From a virus (lineage: Duplodnaviria; Caudoviricetes): 64,000 nucleotides of DNA. Where the stretch lies: IMG/VR virus record IMGVR_UViG_3300035208_004396. One strand, written 5' to 3'. Positions 7,743 to 17,916 of the stretch are shown piece after piece (the first letter of the stretch is position 1; each line of letters opens with the position of its first letter). The position numbers were made by a program, and so were the translations under genes. Below the pieces are notes generated by a model. It worked only from the letters and a program-made list of their open reading frames with translations, made no database searches and was not told the DNA's origin.

Positions 7743-8765
7743 TTATATAAATTCCGAATATAATGAGAAAAATTTATCCAATGTTTCATCTTTGTATTGA
7801 ATGTCTGACTCATTAACATACTTAGTAGTTATCTCTCTCAAATCGAATTTAGATATATCGGATAAATCTATATCGACATCACTTATTGGTAAATCTTCGA
7901 AATTTATAACGAATTTATAAGGTTTAAGGTTAGATAAATCGGCTGTATATTTACTTATCTTGGCAATTTCATTATCAAAAGCGTAAGGAATTTGTAACTT
8001 TATATAATTATTCGTTATATCATTTAATTCTTCGGGATAAATTATAGTTTTGAATTTCATAGAAACATTATTCTCTATAAAATTCAAACTCATATTTTCT
8101 AGATCTAATACGCCACAGCCTTTATTTTCATTCTCATCGATCATCGTGAGTTGATATGGACTACCTATATAAACTATATTTTTACCATTTTCGTGTATTT
8201 CGTTACGTTTATGAAAATGCCCCGTATAAACATAATCGAATTGCTTAAATAACGTCTCTTTCTCGATACCTTTAGTTGCTACATGGAATTTATCCATAAA
8301 CATATCTACAATATCAAGATGAGCAAACAATATCTTAGCTTCTTTAGTATATACCAAATCATCGAATAATGTATAATCTGTAAGCCAAGGCAACATGAAT
8401 ATTTTTTTACCAGCTAATTCTATCTCAGTTGGATTTTCATATACTGTACAATTCGGTAAATTCATGAACATTTTCAACGAATGTGTAGAAATGTCGTTCT
8501 TATTATAAGTATCATGATTTCCGATTATCATTGAAACATGAAAATCTGAAAAAATCTTATTAAATAAATCATAACTTACATTATAAGTAGATACATTCAA
8601 TTCGTGTCTATCATCGAAAATATCGCCCAAGATAAAAAGTTCGCTAATAGATAAAGATTTTAATTTCATGCTTAAAATCCGGAAAAATCTAAGTTGACTT
8701 TCTAAAAACTCAGGGTCATTTTGTTTAATTCCCAAATGTAAATCTGCTAAAAGTCCAATTTTCAT
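7743..8765 (-). CDS. recombination nuclease, Mre11/SbcD-like (T4 gp47)
   Basis: DLHLG, LGDIFD, GNHD, GHFH, GSPYQL motifs. Confidence 0.93.
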   Translation of the reverse strand: MKIGLLADLHLGIKQNDPEFLESQLRFFRILSMKLKSLSISELFILGDIFDDRHELNVSTYNVSYDLFNKIFSDFHVSMIIGNHDTYNKNDISTHSLKMFMNLPNCTVYENPTEIELAGKKIFMLPWLTDYTLFDDLVYTKEAKILFAHLDIVDMFMDKFHVATKGIEKETLFKQFDYVYTGHFHKRNEIHENGKNIVYIGSPYQLTMIDENENKGCGVLDLENMSLNFIENNVSMKFKTIIYPEELNDITNNYIKLQIPYAFDNEIAKISKYTADLSNLKPYKFVINFEDLPISDVDIDLSDISKFDLREITTKYVNESDIQYKDETLDKFFSLYSEFI

Positions 8766-8823
8766 GAATGAAATATACTCTATTTGTTATAGAAAAAATA
8801 CCAGTTTTCACTAGGGTTATAAT

Positions 8824-9993
8824 TTAAACTAACATGGATAAAAATTGGTTTAAATATTTCTCGTTTTCCATGATGTGATTATCAATATATCGATATTGCC
8901 AGGTTAAAATCTCATTATAATTGTCTTTTTTACACAATTTCTGAAAAATTTCATCTATTTTGCTACAACTATAATCATTATGGAATTTACAATCTGGATA
9001 AATTTCTTCATAAGGTGAATCTTTATTATCGTCAAATGTGGCACCTAAAAATACACTACCCGAAATACAAGATTCATAAAATCTCAATGCCGATTTGCAC
9101 TTATTAAATTCATTAGATACTAACGGTGCTACTTGGAAATCAGCATTGATTTTCTGTACGATATCTGGATATGAATATGAATTTGTCCAAGGTATAAACT
9201 CAATTTTATCCCTAATTGGCTCAAAAAAGTAAGGCATTACACCTAATACTGTAAAATCGATACGTTCGTTTTTAACATTTTCTATGATCCAATCTTTTAA
9301 ATTAGTATTCCAATCACCGAGATGACCAACAATACCAGGAAAACCCTTAGGTTCAATTGGACTAGGTTTGCGTTCTGGTATATTTTGCGTATAATGTGTA
9401 GGTGAACCGCTATATAAGATCTTAGGTTTATCAATATCTTTCGATATTGGCTTTTTATAATCTTTATTCCAGAGATATTTCGGAACTGTATTCTTTATAG
9501 TTCTTACAGTCGAAATCTTATATTTTTGACTAAAACATTTACCCAAATAATCAGTACTACACATTATTATATCGAAATATGAAACGATTTCGGCCATAAA
9601 TGGGGATTCTTCTGGTCTATTTGGATTCATACTACGACTAGGGTTATAATCGGGTACTGAAATACCTTCGTATTTCGTTTCCCAAGGAGATCTGAAAAAT
9701 ATATCATCTATCTCATAAATCAATTTGAATCCGAATTTAGCTTTGATTGTAGAATATTGACGTAAAATATTCAGATGATTCTGATCATTAGGCTTTTGCC
9801 ATATTATAGCAGCTGTATTAGCTAAAATACCAATGTCCATAATTGGAATAGGTGATACTATAGCAACAAAACCTTGATCGTTAATTGCATTTATATAGTT
9901 AGCTAGATATCTCAATCTAACATGACTACATCCAGAAAAGTCTGAAGTATAGATCAAGATAAGTTTTTTTTGGTTTGGATTTTTAATGATCAT
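8824..9993 (-). CDS. glycosyltransferase (GT-B-like, phage type)
   Basis: DFSGCSHVRL, YEIDD, STDYL, APL..NEFNKCKS, PY motifs. Confidence 0.8.
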   Translation of the reverse strand: MIIKNPNQKKLILIYTSDFSGCSHVRLRYLANYINAINDQGFVAIVSPIPIMDIGILANTAAIIWQKPNDQNHLNILRQYSTIKAKFGFKLIYEIDDIFFRSPWETKYEGISVPDYNPSRSMNPNRPEESPFMAEIVSYFDIIMCSTDYLGKCFSQKYKISTVRTIKNTVPKYLWNKDYKKPISKDIDKPKILYSGSPTHYTQNIPERKPSPIEPKGFPGIVGHLGDWNTNLKDWIIENVKNERIDFTVLGVMPYFFEPIRDKIEFIPWTNSYSYPDIVQKINADFQVAPLVSNEFNKCKSALRFYESCISGSVFLGATFDDNKDSPYEEIYPDCKFHNDYSCSKIDEIFQKLCKKDNYNEILTWQYRYIDNHIMENEKYLNQFLSMLV

Positions 9994-10015
9994 ATTTTAA
10001 ATTTATATATTTTTA

Positions 10016-11440
10016 TTAAATTGATTCGAGCAATCTTGGTTTATAAAACTCTTTCAAATTTTTCAATTCAGTTAGAACAGAAACATCTGGATTTTTAATC
10101 AAATTATCATGATATTCGATATTTTTATTCAAATCTGATATATATTTTTCAATTCTGCTAATCTCTAAACGTTTAATCGAATCCAATGATAAAGACAAAA
10201 TATATTTACAATCTTCACGATTAACTTTCAAACTCTTTTCCAGAATATCGGATGTATCTTCTGATTGTAAACTTTTTTTAACAATATCCAGATTATTAGC
10301 AACTTTTAATTTTAATTCTAAATGGTGTAAGTCTAGATCAAGTATATGCTTTTGATTTTTATTAAGTTCTATTTCTACTTCTTTACGCCAATTTAGCCAT
10401 CTTTTCATCAAATTTATGAAATTATCTGTACAAAGCTCAATATCGAGATCTTTCTCTTCTCCCCGAGAAGGTTCTTGAGTAACAGAATAAATCTGATATT
10501 TTACAGATTTAATGAGATGTTTATGAATATAATCTTCGAAATCTTCAGAATTTCTATAAACAACTTCTATTTTACAAGAATTATTTATATCCGAACTATC
10601 ATTAGCATAAAGTATGATCTTTTCATCATGCAATTTAGCCATACTTTTCAAAAATACTTCGGGATCAAAACCGGGACAACAATCTGTTACTGTTAATAGA
10701 TAACCTTTTTTACACTTTTCGATCGAATAATGACATTCGTAAATTAAAGATCCATTGTTTGTATCGTAAAGATTAAATAAATCATCTTTAGTCGATAATA
10801 AGCGCCCACCATACTTATAATCAGGTCCTTTTAAGAACTTCATTAAATCGTGTGTATTAGCATCGGGATGTTTTAACACATATTTAAGTGATTCGACAAT
10901 TTCTTCAAGATTATGATCTGGGATATTGACTCGTATACCAACAGCAATACCAAAGATTCCATTGACGAAAAATGCAGGAAAACGACTCGGAATATCGATA
11001 TATTCTTCTAATTCCCCTGTATAATTCTTAACCATCTTAGCTGCACTTTTACATTCTAGCATCTTCATGCCTAATGGCGATAACTTACATTCGGTATATC
11101 TGGTAGCTGCTGGACCATCTGTTAAATTTCCCCAGTTTCCATGTCCATATACAAGTGGATAAAGTTGATTTACCAGTGTACATAAAGCATTAGCAATTCC
11201 ACTATCACCATGGGCATGATATTTACCCATGCAATCGCCTACTATCTTTGCACTTTTAACAGTCGGTTTATCAAAATAAGCTTTAACATCTTCTAGACTT
11301 TTAATTAAACGACGACCACAAGGGATTAAACCATCACGCCAAGAGCTTATAGCTCGGTTTTGTATTAATTCTTCCTGATAATCTTTAATGTTTGTTTCTA
11401 ATACTTCTGTAATATCTCTATTTTCTTGCTGCATATTCAA
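10016..11440 (-). CDS. type IIA topoisomerase subunit A (GyrA/ParC/gp52-like, no CTD)
   Basis: DGL.P..RR, KSAKIVG..MGKYH.HGDS, GNWG, AATRYTE (catalytic Tyr), GIAVG, IP.HNL. Confidence 0.93.
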   Translation of the reverse strand: MNMQQENRDITEVLETNIKDYQEELIQNRAISSWRDGLIPCGRRLIKSLEDVKAYFDKPTVKSAKIVGDCMGKYHAHGDSGIANALCTLVNQLYPLVYGHGNWGNLTDGPAATRYTECKLSPLGMKMLECKSAAKMVKNYTGELEEYIDIPSRFPAFFVNGIFGIAVGIRVNIPDHNLEEIVESLKYVLKHPDANTHDLMKFLKGPDYKYGGRLLSTKDDLFNLYDTNNGSLIYECHYSIEKCKKGYLLTVTDCCPGFDPEVFLKSMAKLHDEKIILYANDSSDINNSCKIEVVYRNSEDFEDYIHKHLIKSVKYQIYSVTQEPSRGEEKDLDIELCTDNFINLMKRWLNWRKEVEIELNKNQKHILDLDLHHLELKLKVANNLDIVKKSLQSEDTSDILEKSLKVNREDCKYILSLSLDSIKRLEISRIEKYISDLNKNIEYHDNLIKNPDVSVLTELKNLKEFYKPRLLESI

Positions 11441-11478
11441 AATATAAAAACTAATTCACCGATTAAACGTCGAAAAAA

Positions 11479-12198
11479 TCAAATCGAATGAAAACAATAT
11501 ATGCAGTTATGTTTACAGATCTTATTTTCCAATAATTCGACACGGTTTCCCGGAGCCAAACAGAAGTTTCGGTTACGTTTCCCAGTTTCAAAAACAACTT
11601 CTTTTTTAAGAACACGTTCAGCTTCGATTTTGGACATGCAACCAATCAGTTTAACATCCAAATCTTTAAGCCAAATGCCAGCACAAGATTCAAAAGAATA
11701 ATCAAAACCTTTAGATTTAGAATAATTGATTAATTCTTCAGCTTCTTCATGCATCTTTTGAATATGCTTATCTGAAAGTTCATTATCTGTGTAATTAGTC
11801 AAGTTCAAAAATGAAAAACGACACCTTTTAACACCAGAAGATTCAAAGGCATCGAGAACATGTTTAGCTACTTCTACCGAAATCATAGGATCTATTCTAA
11901 GAACTGCTTGATTTACTGGAAAACCTAAATCAAACAGGATTTTAAGCTGTCTGGCATTAAATGTAGCTTTGGGTACACCAGGTTCGATAAAACTTCCACC
12001 TAATCCTGTAACAGTAAGGTGCAAAACCATCTTATCCTTATATTTCACAAGCTTCTCGATCAAATCGTCACTAAGATTTTTGGTAATGATCAAGTTAATA
12101 TCTTGTAACTTTTCGAGCCAAGATTTATCAAAAACAGGATCTCCGGCTTCTGTACTGCCCCAAGTTGTGATCATCGGCTTAGATTTTGTAAGTTCCAT
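11479..12198 (-). CDS. DUF1848-like / radical-SAM-related protein with C-terminal CxxxCxxC
   Basis: TVTGLGG..IEPGVP, LRIDP, C-terminal CKHNCIYC. Confidence 0.65.
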   Translation of the reverse strand: MELTKSKPMITTWGSTEAGDPVFDKSWLEKLQDINLIITKNLSDDLIEKLVKYKDKMVLHLTVTGLGGSFIEPGVPKATFNARQLKILFDLGFPVNQAVLRIDPMISVEVAKHVLDAFESSGVKRCRFSFLNLTNYTDNELSDKHIQKMHEEAEELINYSKSKGFDYSFESCAGIWLKDLDVKLIGCMSKIEAERVLKKEVVFETGKRNRNFCLAPGNRVELLENKICKHNCIYCFHSI

Positions 12199-12204
12199 GA
12201 TAAA

Positions 12205-12233
12205 AATATAGTATTTCTAAGATTAATTGGCAA
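12205..12233 (-). promoter_or_regulatory. sigma70-type promoter
   Basis: TTGCCA-N17-TATATT. Confidence 0.65.
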
Positions 12234-13175
12234 TTACAAATTGATGAGATTATGTGTGTTCCAAGACAAACTGAGATCGCCACTTACGAGCAATTTAACT
12301 GTATTTACTTTAGCTTCTTCATTTTCACAAACCTGCTTTGAAACCTTAGAATCGATGTTTCGATTAATAATAATTGCCGATTTCATAGGTACCATTGTAT
12401 AATCTACAAAACCTAAAGCTGTGGAATTGTTAATTAATGAATACTGCTGACTATAATAATCGATCAATTCATCAAATAATTGATTATAATAATCGTTAGT
12501 ATGCATCATATCGAACGTTTTGTCATTATTTTCGGGATTTACCGAAAAATCATCCTTCTTAATGATGTTAGAAACTCGAATAGTATCCGACATATATTGG
12601 AGAGTATTGAGCCAATCTACCAATGTTTCACATTTATCATGATTTCCTTTCCATACATTGGTATTAATTCGAACGGGGATTTTTTTAGGCTGTTTTTTAG
12701 CCCATTGATAGATTTTTTGCATCTTTTCCAGTCCAATAGTGGCAAATTCACCATTATCATTATGTACTGAAACATTAAGATGTGTAAGTCCGGCAGTAAT
12801 CAACTTACTAAGAAAATCTTCGGTCATATTGACACCATTAGTCGTCATAACAACCTTTTTGAAGCCAATTTTGGAAAGTTGTTCGACCAATGGTACTAGA
12901 TGGCTATACAATGTAGGTTCACCACCTAAAATAACACATTCTTGAATACCCAAAAGATTATGGGCCTTTTTAGCATTGATAACTGCTTTATCAAAAGGAA
13001 GTTCCAAATTAGAATCAGATTTGGAATTGATACAATATGGACAAGCCCTATTACACGAGTTTGTTACCACAATTGACATATAACACTTGGTGTTTATATA
13101 TTTCTTCAAAAACTCACTATAAACATAAGAATCGTTTTCTTTTAATACTTCGATATCACCAAGTTTGAATATCAT
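12234..13175 (-). CDS. radical SAM protein
   Basis: CNRACPYC, GGEP, TTNG motifs. Confidence 0.88.
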   Translation of the reverse strand: MIFKLGDIEVLKENDSYVYSEFLKKYINTKCYMSIVVTNSCNRACPYCINSKSDSNLELPFDKAVINAKKAHNLLGIQECVILGGEPTLYSHLVPLVEQLSKIGFKKVVMTTNGVNMTEDFLSKLITAGLTHLNVSVHNDNGEFATIGLEKMQKIYQWAKKQPKKIPVRINTNVWKGNHDKCETLVDWLNTLQYMSDTIRVSNIIKKDDFSVNPENNDKTFDMMHTNDYYNQLFDELIDYYSQQYSLINNSTALGFVDYTMVPMKSAIIINRNIDSKVSKQVCENEEAKVNTVKLLVSGDLSLSWNTHNLINL

Positions 13176-13197
13176 TATAACCTCTTATTGTAGCATA

Positions 13198-13226
13198 AAA
13201 ATATGAAAATCTAACCCTGTTCTCAA
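13198..13226 (-). promoter_or_regulatory. sigma70-type promoter
   Basis: TTGAGA-N17-TATTTT. Confidence 0.55.
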
Positions 13227-13243
13227 TAGTAATATATAGAAAT

Positions 13244-15844
13244 ATGGCAGAAAATACAGAAAACCAGGTTCAAAATGAACCGAGTATTAAAGAATATAAT
13301 AAGGCTTTTGATAAAATAAGCAAAATATTCAAAAAATATAATGGGATAGATCGTGTTAAACAATTCAGTCTAGCCGAAGAACCATTGTCTACTATATTGC
13401 CTATATTCAAAATTAACAAAACTGATGTCGTAAATGAAGAATATTTAAAAAATAAGAATAATATCCCTAATATCCAGAAAAAGTTGCTTAATATAGCAAA
13501 TAAACCTAAAAATACGCCATATAAGGACCTTAAAGATTCGAGTATGCCTAAAGAAATATGGAATACGGTTATTTTGGGTCTAATGGGTAATAATGATAAA
13601 TCTGCCAAAATTATAAGCATAACAGATCGATTGAAAAGTGCTTACTATCAACCTAAAAGTTATAATCGAAATGATATTGTTGAAAAATGGACTGATTTTG
13701 CTAAAGCATTCGTGGAAAGCAGTGCTGATCATCTTGCCGGTATAATCGATACTACTGACTTGACTAACAAGAACAATAATATCGATATGAAAGCTTTACA
13801 CTCGAAAACAGGTGATATGATCTACAAAGATGCGACTTGTGCAGAAGATATGATAAAGGTAGACTGTGCTAGCTGGGCTTGCAATGATGATAATTTAAAA
13901 TTACAGGAATTAGCTAAAGAATCTGGTATTACTATTCACGATGAAGCTAAAGATCCTACTAAAGAAATTCACCTGATGCCATTGCCTAATTCATTCTCTA
14001 ATATGGCCGAAATGAATAAAAATATGAGCAATTATGTCTCGTGTAAAGGCATTTATGCTCAACCAGAAGATATAATGACTGACCCGAGAATTGGTGATGT
14101 TAAACAAAATAGTGTCATAGACAAGATTAAAAACTGGGATAAAAATGTAAAAGATAAGTTGTTTAATAAAACCGCTCGTGGTAATTCCGTAGAAAACAAA
14201 TACCGAGAAGTCTTGAAAGCTTATTATGCTGCTATGGATAATGCGAGAAAAGATCCAAAAAACATGACTCGGTTCGATAAATTGCTAAGTCCAGATGGCA
14301 AAGTGGGTAAATTGATCGACAATATCGAGATTAATCCTTATACTTTACCATTTAAGATGGCACTTTCATTATGGCGTAATAGGGATATTTTCCGGGAATT
14401 AGTAAGAAGTGCTAAGATTAAATTTCCAAAACTCTATAAATTTGCTCAAAATGATCCTAAAAATAGTGAAGCAGATGGCTTAGGTGAAGCTATTGATATA
14501 GGTGAATTAAGATTAACCGATATTCTAAAAATAGCCGAGTATTATGATAAAAACGAGCCAAAATTCGTAGATAAAGATGGTAATCTTATTGCTGTACAAA
14601 AAAATAAAACAGAATCATTCGAAGAGTTATGTAGAAATGAAATATCCAAGTTATTAACAGAAGATGACAAAGAAAATACTCCTGAAAATACTGATTATGT
14701 AGGTACATTATCGGATTACGATTTGAAAAACATTGATATGGTCCGTAATTTCTTAGCTATTTTAATCTATAGTTTCATTTCTTCTTTTGATATGGTAGAT
14801 TCTTGGAAAGAATATGATTCTAAGATGGAAGGAGTTAAATTCTATTCTGGTAAAGGTAATAAAAGTGGTAGTTTTTTATTAGCTAAAGCTGCAAAATTTG
14901 AAAAAACGGCTAAAACACCGGAAAATAAGTCAGCAGATCAATCTGAAAATAAAGATTCTGTTCTAAATCTAATCAATAAAGCTATGAGCAAAATAGAAGA
15001 ACTCAAAGGCCGTACATTTTATGATCTTAAAAAAGAAGAAAAACAGAAAATTCCTCAAATTTTGAAGAATTATACTAATACTGCTACTCCAGAAGAGAAG
15101 AAAATTTTAGATTATATAAGTAAAAATCCCGATAAACTCAAGAAATTATTATCAGAACAATTAAGTTTCAGGAATTTTTACTTATTAAATGAAATACGTG
15201 CAAAACATCCAGAAATTAAAAATGGAGCTAAAAAACAGGTTAATATTGAAAAAACACCAGAAGTTAAATCTGTACCAGAAATAATTACACTTATTCGCCC
15301 TTATGCTGAATCTACAGATAATAATGAAGATCCTATCATAATGGAGGATGATAAAGCTAAATCATTTGGTCCTTTAGGAGGATTCCTTTACGTATTAACA
15401 TCAGCATATACAGCATGGAATAAAATGAGCAAAATTATTAACGACAAGATGATAGCAGCTAAACTTAAACCGACTGAAATAGCCTATGCTGATTTAGCTC
15501 AAATTGGTCCTCTTGAAAGTTTAGTAAATGTTGTTTCGGTTTCCGAAACATCTATTAAAGATCTAGCAAACAAGTCTAAAAACAAGTTCGTTGGGGCTAT
15601 TGCTAAAACATTAGATGCAATAAAACAAGTAAAATATGAAAATTTAACTATACATAACTTTGAATTCGGTAGTAAATTGGTACAAGAATTACCTAAACTA
15701 GATTCATTCGATGCTAATTATATTAAATTTGATGAAGATATTAAAACATTACCAAATTGCTTATGTGATGTTTATGACTTAGATAATGCTAAAAAAGATG
15801 CTGGATTTGAAGAAAATACACCAGAACAAAAGGAACAAAAATGA
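13244..15844 (+). CDS. large hypothetical protein, candidate internal head protein
   Basis: 866 aa; late motif upstream; internal F..L..E/LLxE segments resembling prohead-protease sites. Confidence 0.5.
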   Translation: MAENTENQVQNEPSIKEYNKAFDKISKIFKKYNGIDRVKQFSLAEEPLSTILPIFKINKTDVVNEEYLKNKNNIPNIQKKLLNIANKPKNTPYKDLKDSSMPKEIWNTVILGLMGNNDKSAKIISITDRLKSAYYQPKSYNRNDIVEKWTDFAKAFVESSADHLAGIIDTTDLTNKNNNIDMKALHSKTGDMIYKDATCAEDMIKVDCASWACNDDNLKLQELAKESGITIHDEAKDPTKEIHLMPLPNSFSNMAEMNKNMSNYVSCKGIYAQPEDIMTDPRIGDVKQNSVIDKIKNWDKNVKDKLFNKTARGNSVENKYREVLKAYYAAMDNARKDPKNMTRFDKLLSPDGKVGKLIDNIEINPYTLPFKMALSLWRNRDIFRELVRSAKIKFPKLYKFAQNDPKNSEADGLGEAIDIGELRLTDILKIAEYYDKNEPKFVDKDGNLIAVQKNKTESFEELCRNEISKLLTEDDKENTPENTDYVGTLSDYDLKNIDMVRNFLAILIYSFISSFDMVDSWKEYDSKMEGVKFYSGKGNKSGSFLLAKAAKFEKTAKTPENKSADQSENKDSVLNLINKAMSKIEELKGRTFYDLKKEEKQKIPQILKNYTNTATPEEKKILDYISKNPDKLKKLLSEQLSFRNFYLLNEIRAKHPEIKNGAKKQVNIEKTPEVKSVPEIITLIRPYAESTDNNEDPIIMEDDKAKSFGPLGGFLYVLTSAYTAWNKMSKIINDKMIAAKLKPTEIAYADLAQIGPLESLVNVVSVSETSIKDLANKSKNKFVGAIAKTLDAIKQVKYENLTIHNFEFGSKLVQELPKLDSFDANYIKFDEDIKTLPNCLCDVYDLDNAKKDAGFEENTPEQKEQK

Positions 15845-16221
15845 TAGTAGAAGTAACCGATGATGAATATAATCGAATTTTAATGTCTAATTATAACTAT
15901 AAACCTGTAGATTCGGTTAATAATGAGGGTACTGATGAATTTTATGACCAAATTCGAGAAAATTATAAAAACATGATTGGTTTTATTAAAAGAGTATTAG
16001 ATCAATCCCACATATTTTTCGATATGAATGATGAAGAAAATGTGTTCTATCTTGATAAAAAACTAACAAAACCGGATCAAGATCACATTAGAGCTATAGT
16101 TAAGGGTTATAATATAGCATTTAACAATGGTAATTCGGATTTAGAAGGTGTTGATCATTATAACGTCTATTTTTATAATACTGAAGAAAAATACATTATA
16201 AAACTAGCATTAGAGGATTAA
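15841..16221 (+). CDS. hypothetical protein
   Basis: ATGA-coupled ORF, 126 aa. Confidence 0.6.
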   Translation: MIVEVTDDEYNRILMSNYNYKPVDSVNNEGTDEFYDQIRENYKNMIGFIKRVLDQSHIFFDMNDEENVFYLDKKLTKPDQDHIRAIVKGYNIAFNNGNSDLEGVDHYNVYFYNTEEKYIIKLALED

Positions 16222-16342
16222 ATATATAATATAGGAGAATTTATGAAGAAAGTATTATTGCTGATATGCACGAAGAAGAAAATTGTGTATTAAACATCGA
16301 TCTTGTTGAAGCCATGTAATAAAAAATAACTAATATCAATTA

Positions 16343-16370
16343 AAAAGAGATCAAATAAGAGCTCTTTTTT
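16343..16370. terminator. putative bidirectional intrinsic terminator
   Basis: aaaagag...ctctttt stem between convergent genes. Confidence 0.45.
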
Positions 16371-16394
16371 ATAGTTTTATCTAAACAATAATCT

Positions 16395-16742
16395 TTAACA
16401 ATATCTTTCTTCGAAATAATCATCATAACGCTTTAGAAACTCATTATATTTAATTTCATTTTCAAACACTAATTTCTTATTATAATCCAAAATATAAAGT
16501 ATATCATCATGACAATTTTTAGTCCTGAAAAAATCAGTCAATTCAGGAAACAATGATACGAATTGATCAAATATAGAATTTTGTGATGTACAATTTGTGA
16601 ATTTCAAGTATTTTTTGTTAAAAAATGGCCAAAAATGATAAACCGAGTATTTAATACGACCATCTTTTTTATAAGTTATTCTAACACGAAGAACATCTTT
16701 ATAAAAACGAATTCTACCATAATGTGTTTTATTCAAGAACAT
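16395..16742 (-). CDS. hypothetical protein
   Basis: 115-aa ORF. Confidence 0.55.
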   Translation of the reverse strand: MFLNKTHYGRIRFYKDVLRVRITYKKDGRIKYSVYHFWPFFNKKYLKFTNCTSQNSIFDQFVSLFPELTDFFRTKNCHDDILYILDYNKKLVFENEIKYNEFLKRYDDYFEERYC

Positions 16743-16745
16743 TAG

Positions 16746-16952
16746 CTATCTCTCCAATATGTGAAAAATTGAATGAATGAGATCTATATAATAGGATTGT
16801 ATTTTTTGTATTTCGGGAAACGTTAAGGTCGGATCATCGGCTAGGAAAGCTATCCACTGACCATTACGGCGAAACATATATACGCCATCTACTAAAAGCA
16901 TATTTCCATTATACTTATAATTTTTCATACTGTTAAATATATGAAATTTCAA
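16746..16952 (-). CDS. hypothetical protein
   Basis: 68-aa ORF directly upstream of 16742. Confidence 0.45.
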   Translation of the reverse strand: MKFHIFNSMKNYKYNGNMLLVDGVYMFRRNGQWIAFLADDPTLTFPEIQKIQSYYIDLIHSIFHILER

Positions 16953-16980
16953 TGAAAAACGAAGATGATAAATAAAAAAT

Positions 16981-17190
16981 ATGATAGAAAATTCAATTTT
17001 AGATCAGTTCAGTTCTTTAGGAAATGTGTATAATTGTGGAGTTCATATCCGTATTTTAGATGATTATTATGATGCTACTATAACATTTAATCCTATTCAC
17101 ATCGAATTAAGTAAGGACGACAATTATTCAGATAGATATTTCGATACTATTCCCGAATTGATAGAGTTTATCAAAAAACAGGTCGAATAA
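16981..17190 (+). CDS. hypothetical protein
   Basis: Late motif ATAAATA-N6-ATG; coupled to the gp5-like gene. Confidence 0.6.
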   Translation: MIENSILDQFSSLGNVYNCGVHIRILDDYYDATITFNPIHIELSKDDNYSDRYFDTIPELIEFIKKQVE

Positions 17191-17912
17191 TGGATTTATC
17201 GAAAATAGGCTTAAAAAGTCAAACTGATTTGATTAACGATCAAAATGTCATAAAAAATGATCCTAAAACAGGTAATTGGACCGGAAAGGTAGTAGATATT
17301 GCCGATCCTTTGATGCTTGGTCGTATTAAAATAGAGATATTTGGCTATTATGATGGCTATAATACAGATTCTTTACCTTGGAGTATACCATCTAATTCAT
17401 TCTTGGGTGCTAAAAACAGTAATTTCATAGTACCAGAATTGAATAGCATCGTAACTGGTTATTTCGATAATAACGATGAAATGAAACCTATTTACGAAGG
17501 CATTATTCGGACAAAAGAAACCGATTTAGCTAGCACAACATTATTCGAAAGAACTTTGGATTATCAAAATACTCAAGTTTTATATGAAAATGATTATGGC
17601 GATGCTTTAATTGTGAATAAAAAAGAAGGCAGTTACAAGTTCAAGCATCGTTCTGGTTTGCTTATTACGATAGGTAATTCTGGTAAATTGGAGTTAACTA
17701 CTAATTTAGCCGATTTCGGTATGACTATTAATGGCGATGTCAACATGCAAGTAACAGGTAAAACAGATATTGTTTCACAGGGAGATGTAAATGTAGATGG
17801 TAAAAGTGTGAATTTAGGCAAAAATTTGCAAAAACAATTAGTAAATAATTTACCAGCATGTCTTATTTGTGGTAGTCCCCATCAAATAGGAAACACTAAC
17901 GTAAAGGCATAA
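17190..17912 (+). CDS. baseplate spike protein, gp5/gpV-like OB fold, no lysozyme domain
   Basis: GKVVDIADPLMLGRIKI..FG, LPW, VPE.NS.V.G.F; beta-repeat C-terminus ending in CLICGSPH. Confidence 0.85.
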   Translation: MDLSKIGLKSQTDLINDQNVIKNDPKTGNWTGKVVDIADPLMLGRIKIEIFGYYDGYNTDSLPWSIPSNSFLGAKNSNFIVPELNSIVTGYFDNNDEMKPIYEGIIRTKETDLASTTLFERTLDYQNTQVLYENDYGDALIVNKKEGSYKFKHRSGLLITIGNSGKLELTTNLADFGMTINGDVNMQVTGKTDIVSQGDVNVDGKSVNLGKNLQKQLVNNLPACLICGSPHQIGNTNVKA

Positions 17913-17916
17913 TTTA

